DNA of 63,918 nt, the filler included, from Phoronis australis (taxonomy: Eukaryota; Animalia; Phoronida): assembly GCA_002633005.1 (NCBI GenBank). It is 6 parts of 6 records of this genome, joined end to end, with 100 filler letters (N's around TTAATTAATTAA, not from the genome) between each part and the next. Parts side by side here need not be neighbours in the genome. Positions count along the whole stretch, not along the records: positions 18,223 to 41,491 come from NMRA01000472.1; positions 41,592 to 60,626 come from NMRA01000941.1; 4 more parts are not named here. One strand, given 5' to 3'. Made by a program: the position numbers and the translations under genes. Below the pieces are notes generated by a model. It saw nothing but the letters and a program-made list of their open reading frames with translations. It ran no database searches and had not been told where the DNA came from. Below, in pieces: positions 37,528 to 50,500 of the stretch (positions within the stretch are counted from its first letter, which is position 1; every line of letters starts with the position of its first letter).

Positions 37528-39984
37528 TTAACATGATTTTACAAAGACAGCCAAATTACGAAGCGAAAAGAGAAAAAAATGAGCCGCCGTAGGCAGAAAG
37601 CACTCGTCGACATAGAAGAGGTCATCAGCTCAATCAAGTAAAATTTTCACACACATCTTATTGGTAGATTTTAATTATTTTTTTCTGTTTAAAAAGCTTA
37701 GGAGCTCATGAATATCAATTTATCTCTGAAGCAAAGCTTGAACAGCATGAAGGTTTGTTCATATTCCAATAGCAAACACAAAATTCATATAATGTATGAT
37801 GCGCGTTCAGTCTCTCACTAAAATCTTTTTCCGGCCAACTCGACATGAAACTTATATCACTTCAAAATGCACGGTCCGAATGTTTTTGCCACTCTTGCGC
37901 TTGATTAACCCTCACCTTGTCCCGTATAACCAACAATTTAAAGCAACGCAATCAAACAAGTAACAATGCTGTACAAAAGAATGCTGTTACGAAAAAAAAA
38001 ACTGTACAAAAGGTTGGTTATCACAGAGGATCCCTTTCAATCGCGCTTACTCTCTAAATCGGTGCTTAACCTCCTCGACTCACTAAAAGGGTGAATATCT
38101 CCCTGTGTCACATACACTTTGTTGGTATTCGCTGTCCCATAGATACATAAATATACCCTCCATCATTTTCGAACATACTCTTCTGTGGCTATAAAAACAG
38201 TCCATATCGAACAGCCAAATATTTGAAATATTTCACAGTCCAAAATATGCACTCTGACGTGTCCTTTGATTGTTAACAAAACTAACAAAATTCGCCATTT
38301 GTAATTTGAAGTATTTTAACCATGAATTATAAGTCAAAATTCTTGTCCAAATGCCAAGCTGAAGGTTCCTAAGTCTGGGTTCTCTTGTTACGCTATATAC
38401 AAGAATGAACAAATACGTGACAAGGGTAAATTGTAAGGTTGAGTGGGCTGTCCATCAAGAGTTCTCATTTTTTGCGTTCTTTTCTCTCAGCAAACTTGTC
38501 AATATGTACGATTTCTCATTCTCAGCTGACCTCATCTGCTTGACTAGTCACGGGAAATCTCTCACTCAGCCTTTAGTCTTTCACATCTGTGTTTGTTGGG
38601 GGCTCCGTCTAATGAAAGGAAGAAGAACTTCGAAAGACGTTATCGATTAGAAAAGGAACACTTTGGGGGTACTTTGCATGAGTATTTCCGAGGGAGCCTA
38701 AGTAAGAGCTCTTCCAGGGAAAGGCAACTTTTCCCAAAGGGTTCAGCTTATTTTATGTTGAGACATTGGTCACATGTCTATGAATGAGGGGGCGGTGCGG
38801 CAGGCGCTCTCCATTAAAATGATGAAAAGGCATTACAGTGCAGTGCACGAGTTCCCTCAACAGGCAGCAGACGGATGGATCAAACGAACAGACCGACAGA
38901 CATACAGACATCCAACAAGAAGTGGCTCTAAACCTACATCGTGATGCTACTGAAGCCATACCGGCACAGGAGCATCGTGACGAGAGTTAGAATCATGAAA
39001 TGGAAGAATACCTAAGCAGTATAATTGGTGTCGACAGCATTGCGCTCACATTCCATTCGGTCATGTACTAAAAGAAATCTTTTTACGGTTATGCCAACGT
39101 TTTGAATATTCGGGGCCTGCTGACACCCGTCCTCTGCTAGCGCGCGGGTGCTGCTGATACCCTGTCACTCTTGTTAAGCCTTGGTGATTGGGTGTGTTCG
39201 CCCATGGTGATAACACGTGAATGGCTTGAATAACAGCATTTTGCAAATTTATAGTCATAGAAATTTGACGTGAGACAGCAGACAGGCCAGATTTAAGAAT
39301 TAAACGCTCGTTTTAAGCAGCTGATTTGCCTTCGGCCGAGACATCAGATTTGCCAGCTTAGAATAAGCCGACCTACCTCGGACTGCAATATTTTTACACA
39401 TCGTTCTTCTGACTAGCTTCTGCCTTCGACCTCGGGCGACATTGCTCTACATAATTTGTCTGTGCCTTCTTAATCGGTGTTTGAATATTATATCTAAAAT
39501 TACGTATCGTACACTTCACTTTTTAACTAGCCGACAGACAGCGAACTCAGCAAAAATCAACAATTAAAATACGTCATAGTTAATGACGTTTCAGTCGCAT
39601 ATTGTAAAAACGTATTTTTCTGAGGTAGGTGATTAAAGAGATCAACGGTCGAAAAAGTATTAAGAATACTGTTCGAATGGACAGTATGACAACTTTGCTT
39701 TATGTGGGAAATTGGAAGAAAGGACGAAAGTGAGTAAACGTGTACTTAAAATACTGTTTCAAAACTCTAAACAAGTATTTTCGTTATGTATGATGGAAAA
39801 TGCGAAATGAATTGGTGACATTTGCGGATTCTTATGTACATGAAACAAAATCCTCTAGGCTAGAATATTTCAAGTATTCCTCTTTTCTTAAAGTGTGTAA
39901 CATCCTCTTTTAGTGCCAAGTTGAGTTTTGTAGAAGACAGTGGCTTTGATTCTACATGAATTTTTCAAAATTGTGTTTAGTTGT

Positions 39985-40795
39985 ACCCAACTAATGCCAA
40001 CTTATCTCAACTCATCCTATCATCACCACTGATGCAAGCCTGTTGCTAGCATCATGTTTGTTATCAAACTACTTTGCAGGTGGCGCAGCGATTAGTGAAA
40101 TAGTTGAAATGCGTGATTGGTGTCTCTAACATTGAGCTTGTGGATGACATCATGTAAGTTAGCCCCCTGTCCACAGGTGACGCACTGATTAGTAGGAATC
40201 GTTGAATTAGTTGAATCCAACTAATCCCAAGTCAGCTCAACCTATCCAGCACTGAGCTATTCAGCTAATTCAACTAATTCAACCAATTGTAGCGTCATCT
40301 AAAGTATAACTGGCAATGTGAGACAGAAAGACCCGAGTCACTGACTTGCCTGCAGGTGGCGCAACAATTAGTGGGAATAGTTGAATAAGTTGAAATGCAT
40401 GTTCTGTGTCTGTCAAGTTGAGAGCCTTTTGCTGATGTCATGATTGTTATCAGTCTGTTCCTGTAGGTGGCGCAGCGATTAGTGGGAATAGTTGAAATAG
40501 TTGAAATGCGTGTTCTGTGTCTGTCAAGTTGTGAGCCTGGTGAGCCTTTTGCCAGCGCCATGTGGTTTATCTGTCTGCCTGCAGGTGGCATAGCGATTAG
40601 TGAGAATAGTTGAATTAGTTGAAATGTGAGTTCTGCGTTTCTCAAGCTGTGGAGCCTGTAGCTGACATAATGTTTGTTATCAACCTATCCCTGCAGGTAG
40701 CGCAGCGATCAGTGGGAATAGTTGAATTAGTTGAAATGCTTGTTCTGTGTCTCGTAGTCGGTGGGCCAGATCTCATAGCGTTCATCCTTGTAAGT
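39985..40795 (+). repeat. Tandem-repeat element of ~112-117-bp units (CCTGCAGGTGGCGCAGCGATTAGTGGGAATAGTTGAA...), possibly Helentron-related
   Basis: Unit motifs at ~40077, 40174, 40350, 40462, 40579 and 40691; inverted sub-motifs TTCAACTAATTCAAC. Confidence 0.8.
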
Positions 40796-41591
40796 ACTTT
40801 GGGGGGGCAACCTAGTTTTTTCTATGTGGCTAGATAATATACCTATAAATCAAATTCCAAAAAGTTCCCACGTCTACACTTGCACATTTTTTTTAAAAAA
40901 TGTGTTTTTGTTGCACAAAATATGATGCACATTCCTGCCACTTGATGGCGCTTTTCTATTGAATTGACCAATCAGAGAGACATATTGTATTGTTGTGCTT
41001 AGTTACTTCAATATGGCTGCTCCCATGGAGTGTGGTTTATGTATAATTCAAGGTTTATCAAACTGCAAAAAATTGTCGATGTCAGAGCCTAAAGAAGCTT
41101 AGGAAAGCTTCCTGACGAAAGCTGATTGACTGTAGAATTCTGTAGATGAGTAGATCAAAAAGAAGAAGAGGTGTCACAAACGTTTGTGCAGAAAACAGCT
41201 TCATGTCCTGGTAGCCTACACAGTATACTGCTGAGTGCTGTAGACTAGAAGACCAAGTGTCAGACCAAAAAATTGAAAGGACATAGAACGGCATAGCAAC
41301 GTTTCAAGGCACCAACAGTAGTACTAAAGCTGAAATTGCTGAAAGTGATACAGATGTTATCCAAGATTTCCCAAGAAAATCAATTATACTTCCAAAATCT
41401 GAAACACCCAATTAACCTGAACAAGATAGGAACATTCTGAAACATGAGTGCATCATTTGTTAGCAGGAAAAGTACATTATGGGCCACATTTNNNNNNNNN
41501 NNNNNNNNNNNNNNNNNNNNNNNNNNNNNNNNNNNTTAATTAATTAANNNNNNNNNNNNNNNNNNNNNNNNNNNNNNNNNNNNNNNNNNNN

Positions 41592-44500
41592 TCCTTTAAG
41601 TTATAATTTTTCTTAATGCTTTCCCATTTAAGAAGTTTGTTCTGGCTATCTAAAAAATCTTCACAAAATATGAGGCCTGCATTGTACAGATCTTGGTAAA
41701 ATAATGATTTACCGTTAACAGTTAAGTTACAATTGTTCCATATCACTTGTTTGGCTATTGGTACTTCATTAAATATTTCAGGATTAAGAATATCTAAGGT
41801 TGAGAGAACATCTTTGTAAAAAGGGTTCTTAATTTCGCATTTTAGGGTTTTCAGTTCAAAATTGGATGAAAAAATGAGGACACCGCCAATACGACTGAAA
41901 AGATGCCTCGGGTATATCTTCCAACTTGCCTCATCCTCTGTATTAAAGCGCTTGACCCAATTAAATAATAAGTTTAACTTGATCAGTTCCATGTTAGGAT
42001 ATTTCAAACCACCCTCTTGATATGGTAAAATAGTCACAGTTTCTTTAATTTTTGGGGGTTTATTTAACCAAACAAATTCTCTGATAAGTTTATTAACTTC
42101 ACGAATTCTTTTTTTGGAGATACCCACAGTTGACACTACATGAATGAGTTTCGATAAACCATAAGTTTTCGTAGGGAAGATTCTGCCTTTTATGGACAAA
42201 TTTTGTATTTTCCAAATATTAAACAGGTCTTTAAGCTTTTGGATTTTATCATCAAAATTGAGTTTTTCAGCGTCATCCCCTCTTCCGCCAAAGAATATTC
42301 CTAGACTTTTAATGGGCTTATGTGGCCAGCTGATTCCGTAAAGTGGTTTACGATTTCGGTGCATTGTTGAGGCAAACATCCCTTGGCATTTTTCATAATT
42401 CAAGTGGAGTCCAGATAATGTTCCAAAATAATCTAAAAATCTAAAACAGTTATTTCCAGATTCTAAGTCTTTAATGAAAAGAACTGTATCATCTGCATAC
42501 TGAGCAATTTTGATTTCGTGATTGGTTATTGTGAAGCCTCTAATTAATTCATTGCTTCTGATATGATGTGACATAATTTCCGCACACATGATGAACAGCG
42601 GACTTGATAGTGGGTCTCCTTGTCGGAGGCCTTTCTCTATGTTAAAATACTGTGATGTAAATCCGTTGTTCATCACACATGACGAAATTCCAGAATACAA
42701 TGTCCGGATTCTATTGATAAAAACGTCACCAAAATTAAAAGCTTTTAAGGACTGAAATAAAAACTCCCACTTTACAGTATCGTACGCTTTCTTGAAATCG
42801 AGGAATACAATGTGACCGGGGGTGTGCTTTTCTTCATAAAATTCAATCATATCGTCAATTACACGTATATTCTGGCCTATATAACGTTTCGGCAGGGATG
42901 TTTGATCTGGATGAATTAAATTGTCAATATATTTGTATATTTTGTTTGCGATTGTTTTAGTTATTAATTTATAGTCGCAGTTGAAAAGAGAGATAGGTCT
43001 CCAATTATCTAAAGATAGTAATTCCTCGGACTTTTTACTTTTCGGGATTAACGTGATTACGCCTTGCTTTTGAGAACTGGACATGTGACCGATTCCAAAG
43101 CTGTATGTGACGCTCGCCAATAAATCGTCTTTAATTACCTTCCAAAAGGTTTTATAAAATTCATAGCTGATGCCATCATTACCAGGCGTCTTGTTAGGTT
43201 TTGTCTCTAACAAAGATTCATACAATTCTTCTTCTGTTAGGTTTTTTTCTAAACCGTAAGAGTCTGCAGGAGATAGATTTTTATGTATTGGTAAATTAAA
43301 AAGGTCGATTGGATAGGTTCTTTCGACGTTGCATTCTTCAATATTGGAGTAAAGTTTTTTGTAATAGTTCACTTGCATATTCCGTATGCATGCTGCATCA
43401 TGTATAATCTTAGCACCATCTTTAAGGGCGTTAATATGTTTTTGCTTGCTGTGGCGCACCTCCAGGTTTTTGAAATATTTTCCATTCTCGCCTTGTTCTG
43501 CCCATTGTGCTTTACTACGCAGGATCAAGCCCTTAATTTTTTGGGTCTGGGTGATTTGCAAATCAATTTTGGCTTTTTGTAAATCTTTTTTAATTCCTCT
43601 GAAGGGTCGTTTTCCACCTTGGCTGTCAAAGCGTTAATTTTTTCTATTAAAACAATTTCGTCAGAGCGGGTCTTCTTTGCAACCTCTTTTGCAAAAGAGA
43701 TTGAAGTTTTCCTTATTTCCATTTTAATTAATTCCCACACTAAATTTTTGTCTTGAATATGTCGGTATTGAGTACTATAAAATTCGACACATTTAGTTAT
43801 TTTGTTTATATAATTGGTATCGTTTAAATAACTAGTGTTAAATTTCCAAAGACCAGGACCTCTCTTCGCATTTTCGGATATTTCAAAATGTAAAGTTATT
43901 GCAGAGTGGTCTGAAAACACAAAGTCATTAATAATGGCAACGTCTTTGACTGCTACTTCTCTGGAAATTAGCCACATGTCAATTCTACTTTGGCATGACA
44001 TATTCTTATCCCTCCGAGTGCATTTCCTCACACCTGGGTTATTTTCACGCCATACGTCGTACAACTTGAAATTAGATTTAAAAAAGTTGATGTTCTGTAT
44101 TACAGGACTTTTCGTGGAATACACTAGTTTTCCTTTCTTATCTAAGTCTGTGGGAGCGCAGTTAAAATCACCAGCGCAAAGAATACTTTGGTTGTTTACA
44201 ATATTATGGAGTTCTAGCTTAATGAAATCCAGGAATTCGACTTGTTTCCTGGTTTCATTTGGAAAGTACAGATTGAGTAAAATGAAATCTTGTCTGCAAT
44301 TTTGCAATTGAGAACATTGTATCTACCGTAAGTATCATTCTGGACTAAAGAAGGTTCAAAATCCAAACGTGGATGAATTAAAATTGCAGTGCCTTTACTA
44401 TGGTTAGTGCCGTGACAAGAAAATACCGGACCACCCCACTCACGTTCCCATTTATCAATGGAGACAGGAACGCTGTATGTTTCTTGTAAGTAAACTATAT

Positions 44501-45833
44501 CATAATTCTTTTGTTTCAACCATTTGAAGAGTTGAACTCGTTTAATTTCAGAATTAATGCCTCGGACATTTATGGACACGCACTTAATGTTAATCATTTG
44601 GGGTTATACACGGGTTTCGGAGGCATCCCTTAACTAAAGTTACGCTTAATAAGGTTAACATAAGAAGCTTAAATGTAAGTCCAAGATTTAAAAATCTGAT
44701 CGTACAGAAACGCACACAAAAGGGAAAGGGGGGCAAAAGGATAAGGACGAAAAACAAGATCATACTCGCAAGGCGATATCACCGGCTATTTCCTGAAATG
44801 GAGATCCAAAACGTTCAAATGTCACGAAGAACAGCGATTTATATCGCTATGGTAGATCGCTTACACTTGTAATAAGCTTTACTGTAATGTCTGTTGTCAG
44901 AACGAAGATTCTTCCGTCTTTGGACCACGCAAACTTGACCTGGGGCTTTTTATTCACTGTCTTTAGTAGCAGGTAGTTCTGTGTAGTTAAGTCTTCGCTT
45001 ATGAAGAATCTTGTGCCCTTGAGTTTCTTTTTCAAAGTGAAAACACTTTATCTGCACCGATAGCTGGTAAACTTAACAATGATTGGTCTAGGGTTGGGTT
45101 GATTTGCAGAACTAGAACTTCTTAGTCTTCTTGAGGCCATATCTGGGGGTGTTTTTCCTACTCGGTGAGCACGGTCTATCTTATCCAGATCGATTGACAG
45201 GTTGAGATTTTCCTGAAAGAAGTTTTTAACAATACGGTCGCAGTCCTCGTTTGGCTGTTCACCAATGCCGTGGATCCTAATCGAGTTACGTCTAGAGCAC
45301 TGTTCATAATCATTCAACTTATTCTTTAACTCTTGATTTTCCTGTCTTATTGCTTGTAAATCGTTCTTCAACTTTCCCAGTTCTTCATCGAAGACTTCTT
45401 TAAAGGACCGAATTATTCTATCTTCCATGGATTGGAGTCTCTTTTCTAGGTCAAGATCCGCCATAGTAACTGTGGACGCTTCTATTCACAAATCTCCAAG
45501 TAATGAGAAGGGTTATTGACTAAAATGTCAGTAACCTCAGGAGGGCGTTACGCAATCATAGGTGGGATTAACTAGATGACCACCAGACAAAAACACGAGG
45601 GGGTTTTGAGGGAAACTTACAATGGCGGTATGTAACGTTTGGTGGAATAGCTGTAAACTCGAAAGAGAAAGCTCACCAAATGACACGAAATGTTCATGAA
45701 ATGTTGTTTCCAGAAGGCCTTAGGTAGCGACACCACTGCAATGAATGCTGTTGAGCAGGAAACAAGATGGTTGTCTGGCTTTTGAAGGATAAAAAGAACA
45801 AAATTGATGGAGTGTCGTCTTCACGTGTCCGAC
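41592..45833 (-). mobile_element. Near-full-length Tx1/L1-clade LINE (5'UTR, ORF1, ORF2), antisense within the METTL6 last intron; 3' end cut by a linker
   Basis: ORF1 44847-45464 (EQCSRRNSIRIHGI, RAHRVG, RPIIVKF, FISEDLT; one in-frame stop at 45048-45050). ORF2 from 44597: APE (SINVRG, LQET, AGDFN, RIDMWL, SDH) and RT (NWRPISL, DFKKAYD, GLRQGDPLS, YADD) with two frameshifts. Confidence 0.95.
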
Positions 45834-45928
45834 CTTCAAAGGCGCCCTCTAGTGTCTCCTCTGGTCACTCTGCTGATGGTGATATTTGGCTTTATCACAG
45901 CTATACCTTTTGTCTTTTTTTCTTGCAG

Positions 45929-46068
45929 AAAAACTTGCTGAACTGTTTGAAACAGCAGGTTTTCACGTTGAAAGAAATGAGTACGTGATGAGAGAAACTG
46001 TCAATAAGAAGGAAGGAATCTGTGTGCCCCGAGTGTTCATTCAAGGCAAATTTACCAAGAAGAAGTGA
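45929..46068 (+). CDS. METTL6: Terminal coding exon of tRNA N3-methylcytidine methyltransferase METTL6
   Basis: Polypyrimidine tract + CAG acceptor at 45926-45928; EKLAELFETAGFHVERNEYVMRETVNKKEGICVPRVFIQGKF closely matches the METTL6 C-terminal motif NEYVxRETVNKKEGLCVPRVF; AATAAA at ~46233, 46421 and 46745. Confidence 0.9.
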
Positions 46069-47561
46069 ACAATTTTTAATTTAATCTCGTCCATTTCCAT
46101 TGTAGCCGGTCATCATATAGTAACTGCAACACTGTATCAACTATTCACTTGATCTAGTCAAAGTTGGAATTGACGCTGGATGTCAAATAGCTTTGTAAAA
46201 TCTTGCCAGCTTAGGAAACAATATAGCTGACAAATAAAATCATTTTCATTGAAGATGAGTAGTACTAAAATAATGGTTTACTGATAAGTTTTGCACTACT
46301 GACTACGGTTATATAGCAATAGTTTGAAAGAGTGTGGATATTTACTGCTGTGGTGGAACCCTTTAAAAGGACATTATCGGTTTTATCGCGAAAACATGTA
46401 TTTTTGTGATTGTTGGATAGAATAAATTTCTTGAAATTATTAGCTTTTACCAGAACTATAAAACAACAATATCCACCTTTCTGATTTTGCATTACTGCTA
46501 ATTTCAAGAAAAATGTGAATTTTGGAAATTGTTTTTGATGCAGTTGTTAAGATTTTACGATATATTGCGAACTAGTTTAGCTATTTATCAAAAGCTCTTG
46601 CTGTGTAACAGAATAATGTGAGCTTTTCAAGTACGCTGTTTTAATATGGATCCCGTTTTTTAATGCATAGTTAGACAAAATGATATCTTGAGTAAATGTA
46701 ATTTTACCTCTCTCGCACACTCTGTTATGTCATTATTGCAATTCAATAAAAGTTTTTCTCAAATTATCTTTACTACCGCCATGAGTATTCCTTCCACTTC
46801 AAACAAACGCACTGGAATATATTTCAATTGCTCTGTCCACCTTCACTGGCAGCGACTCACATGTTAGTGCTAATTCAAGAACTATTCTTAAGTGTTGGCT
46901 AGGTATGTTGAAAATTCCCAGAAGTCTGCTGTTCATCAGTGACACGGATCTTTGCTGTCACCCTCCCCATGTTATGACCTCTTTCAACTACCAATCGGAC
47001 TACAGTTCAAAAGGCTTTTAAAAATTTACCAGCACCGTTGCAGCCACGATTGTTGTATTAGAAGCATGCAGTGACTAGTAACCCCACCCAGTATTCAGTC
47101 ATGTAGCCAAGCTATTTCCATCTTCACCACAATCCTTGCACAAACTGAAGAGGGTGGTAATTAAAGCTTTTTTAGTTCAATCTTCAGCAACAACTATTTG
47201 CCAGCTATTTCCATGATCAGAACTAACTTTTAACACTATCAAGATACTGCACCAGATGAGACCACCACTTGCAGGTTTCCAAACTTACAGCATAAACGTG
47301 GGACAGAATCCATCTCGTCGCATAAACTCGGTCAAGGTCTGTAACCCTGCACGTGGAAACCAGCATGATGAAGTCTGAAAAAAACCTCAGACTATTCCCG
47401 CTGTGCACGGTAACGGGTTGGCACCATGAAAATAAATCCAACTTGCTTTTTACACTCGCAAATGGGGCTATTGTTATTGCAGTAAGTGGTCCAATTTGAA
47501 AGCTTTTTTGTCCGTTTTCAAAATTGCTGAGTCCAGGTGCATGGAGTAGGAATGTCAAGGA

Positions 47562-50500
47562 TCATAACTGGCTGAACTTTTCCAGACTTTTAGTGGCATC
47601 CTTCAACTTTCCAACCAAATCCTGTAACAAGATAAGAATTTGTTATTTCATATAGACATTATTAGTGTCCATAAAATCTCCATCTTCATCGTTGCTCTGA
47701 ATGATGCATTACAAAACGGTGAAATAAACAGGTGGTTCTGGAGTGTGAGTATTTGAGTACACATGTCCCAAGTGTGCTACGCACGCTCAACCGGAACTTG
47801 ATATTTACTACTCAGCTGGCACAAATTAAGCAAAAGGCCTGCCTACTTGACTGTATAGCAGTGCATGCATTCAGGTAACCAAACAAAACCTTTGTTTCAA
47901 GAACATCCATATGAATGATGAACAGATTCCTGTTTTCAAATTCTTCATATGATAGAAAGAGGACTCTTGCTTCATTTGGGCCACCTGCTTAGTATCAAGT
48001 CAACTTAAAAAGTCCAAAATACAAATTTAGACCGTTCTGCATGCTATATGTGACTATTACCCAACTTTTTAATAACAAAACTTTTGCTGTTCATGAACTG
48101 GAACAACTTTAGTGCAGAAATTTTTCAAGTTACGCAAAAATCTGACTTTAGGTACATACCACATATGGGAGTTTTACTAAACACTCGAATGGATTTCAAT
48201 TAAATTCGTAATACATCTTGACTGTGAAGGATAGGAAGAAACAGCCACAGTTGACTGTTACATGAAAGTGCAGCCATGGCCAGGGAATCGTGAAGACAAC
48301 TGTTCTTATCTAGGTACAAATCATGGCATTGTGAACCCTAAATTGAAGACAATGTTCCACTTTTCTGATTTTAAACTGTTAGCAGGAATGAGGTAATGAA
48401 TTTGAAATGAACAAATTTTAGAACATGATAACAGCTGTATTCAAAGGAAAAAGCCACCTTTTTGGTGTTGCGTTTAAAGTACAAATACATATCCTAGATT
48501 TTTCTTGAAAAGATTTTTTGCGCTCTAATTACTGTTAACCCCAAGCTGTCGTGGACCTATCCACGCAACCATAGAGCAAACACAATATACGACTCACTAT
48601 TGAACACAGCCTCTGTTGGTTACTCATGTTTGCAGAATGGACAAGAATATAGAACCAAGATGCAGGACTTATGTTGGGCTGTTTACGTCACCGTCTGTTA
48701 TTCTATGGATAGTTAACACGCACCGGAGCAGTAAATTAATTAACCTGTAAAATACCTTTCCAAGATAACCAAGAATCTCTAAGTTAACACAAAAAGAATA
48801 AACTTCCTTATCATGGGGGCAACTGAATGAAGTCCATTAATCGAAGGTGAAATATCCATTACGCTAATGCCACCTGGGGGATGGAAATTGTAGCGACAGG
48901 GTGAAGGTTGAGGGGAAACTGGTAACAGAGGAGGTACCTCAATTATTAGGGCATCCATACTTTTAATACCTTTGGGGTCCCAAGCAACATTAATCTGGCA
49001 CTCGGCATACGTGGCGTTTGCCTGTCCCCATAGTCCCTCAAATGTTCCGTCAACACCGCATCGCCACATCAGTTAGCTGAAACGTTACCTGAAGTTGTTC
49101 CATTGTGCATGTGAATTGAATGTCATTTGACATCTGTGACCCAGTTGTCTCAGTTTTAAGCTTCACCAAGTACACAGGCTCGTTAATTTTATTCATGTAA
49201 TTGTTCTGAAATGTATAAAACATAATTGAAAATGCTGTCGCCAGGCAGTTCTTTCTATGATGACACTAATGAGCTGTTTAATCTTAATCAACTGAAGTGA
49301 TTATGCCAAAATTATTGAGCAATAGAATGAAACTTGAAATGCAATAAAACAATGTTGCCCAGCTCCAATATCACAAACAGTAATGAAATGGATAATCAGC
49401 TTTGAGTGTTAGAAATTGTATTCAACTGTTATTTCCAAGTCTCGGGTTTGTCTACCATCAATCATCAAGCAAAATTTCTATGAGCACCACCCCATTAAAA
49501 TTTGGCCATCACTCATATGGACATGACCCCCGTGACCCCCACTCATATGGCCCTGACCCCCACTCATACACCTGACCTCTCTCATATGGACCTGACATTC
49601 ACTCACATGGACCTGATCCTCACTGATATGTACCTGACCTATAGTCATATGGACCTGACCCTCACTCATATGGACCTGGCCCTCACTCATATGGACCTGA
49701 CCCTCACTCATATGGACCTGACCCTCACACATATGGACCCGACTTTCACTCATATGGACACGATATTCACTCATATGGACCTGACATTCACTCATATGGA
49801 CCTGACCTTTACTCATATGGACTTGGCCTGATATCAACCTGGACGTGACCCTCACTCATATGGACACAACCCCCACTCATATGGACCTGAAGTTCACTCA
49901 AAAGGACCTGATAATTGCACATATGGACCTGATCCTCGCTCATATAGACCTGACATTCACTCAAATAAACCTGATCATCACTCACATGGACCTGACCCAC
50001 ACTCATATGGAATTGATCTTCACTCATATGGACCTGACCCTCACTCATAATATGGACCTGATCATCATATCATGGGCAACAGCCATTAAAGGGATAAGAG
50101 AGGGTGTCTTACCTGAATATAATAGTCCAACCTCCAGTCTACGTCAACAATATGTGGAAGACTGGAGCCAACACTGCAATATTACAAATGACTTTACGTT
50201 AAGTGTGCTATGACGATCGCCTAAAACACAGTATGAGGGAATGTTGACCAAGATACAGCTGTGGGATATCATTTTTTCATTCATGCCACCTGGACATCGT
50301 CTGTTGTGCAATTCGCGATCTGACAAATCAAATGACTGAAATTAAGATTCTAGAGCCCCTGAAAACAAAGTGAGCAGACGACACCAGTGCATCAAAGCAG
50401 GTACTACGAATGAGCTAATCTAACATGAGACAGACAAATCAGAGGAACACATCCCTCACAATCATATCCGGGCATGTAGACCTCAGGAGAGCACTGCTGC

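Noticed and set aside
40800-41491. METTL6 promoter and first exon (CCAAT box, ATGGCTGC)
   Set aside because: Separated from METTL6 by a synthetic linker; the translation is stop-ridden with CIIC / CHKR motifs more like a decayed transposase, which could not be classified.
49390-49470. Intronic C/D-box snoRNA in COMMD3
   Set aside because: Box C reads TTGATGA, there is no terminal stem, and no rRNA complementarity was recognised.
49478-50213. His/Met-rich repetitive proteins (THMDL / GQVHMSE)
   Set aside because: Translations of a 21-bp intronic minisatellite in COMMD3.
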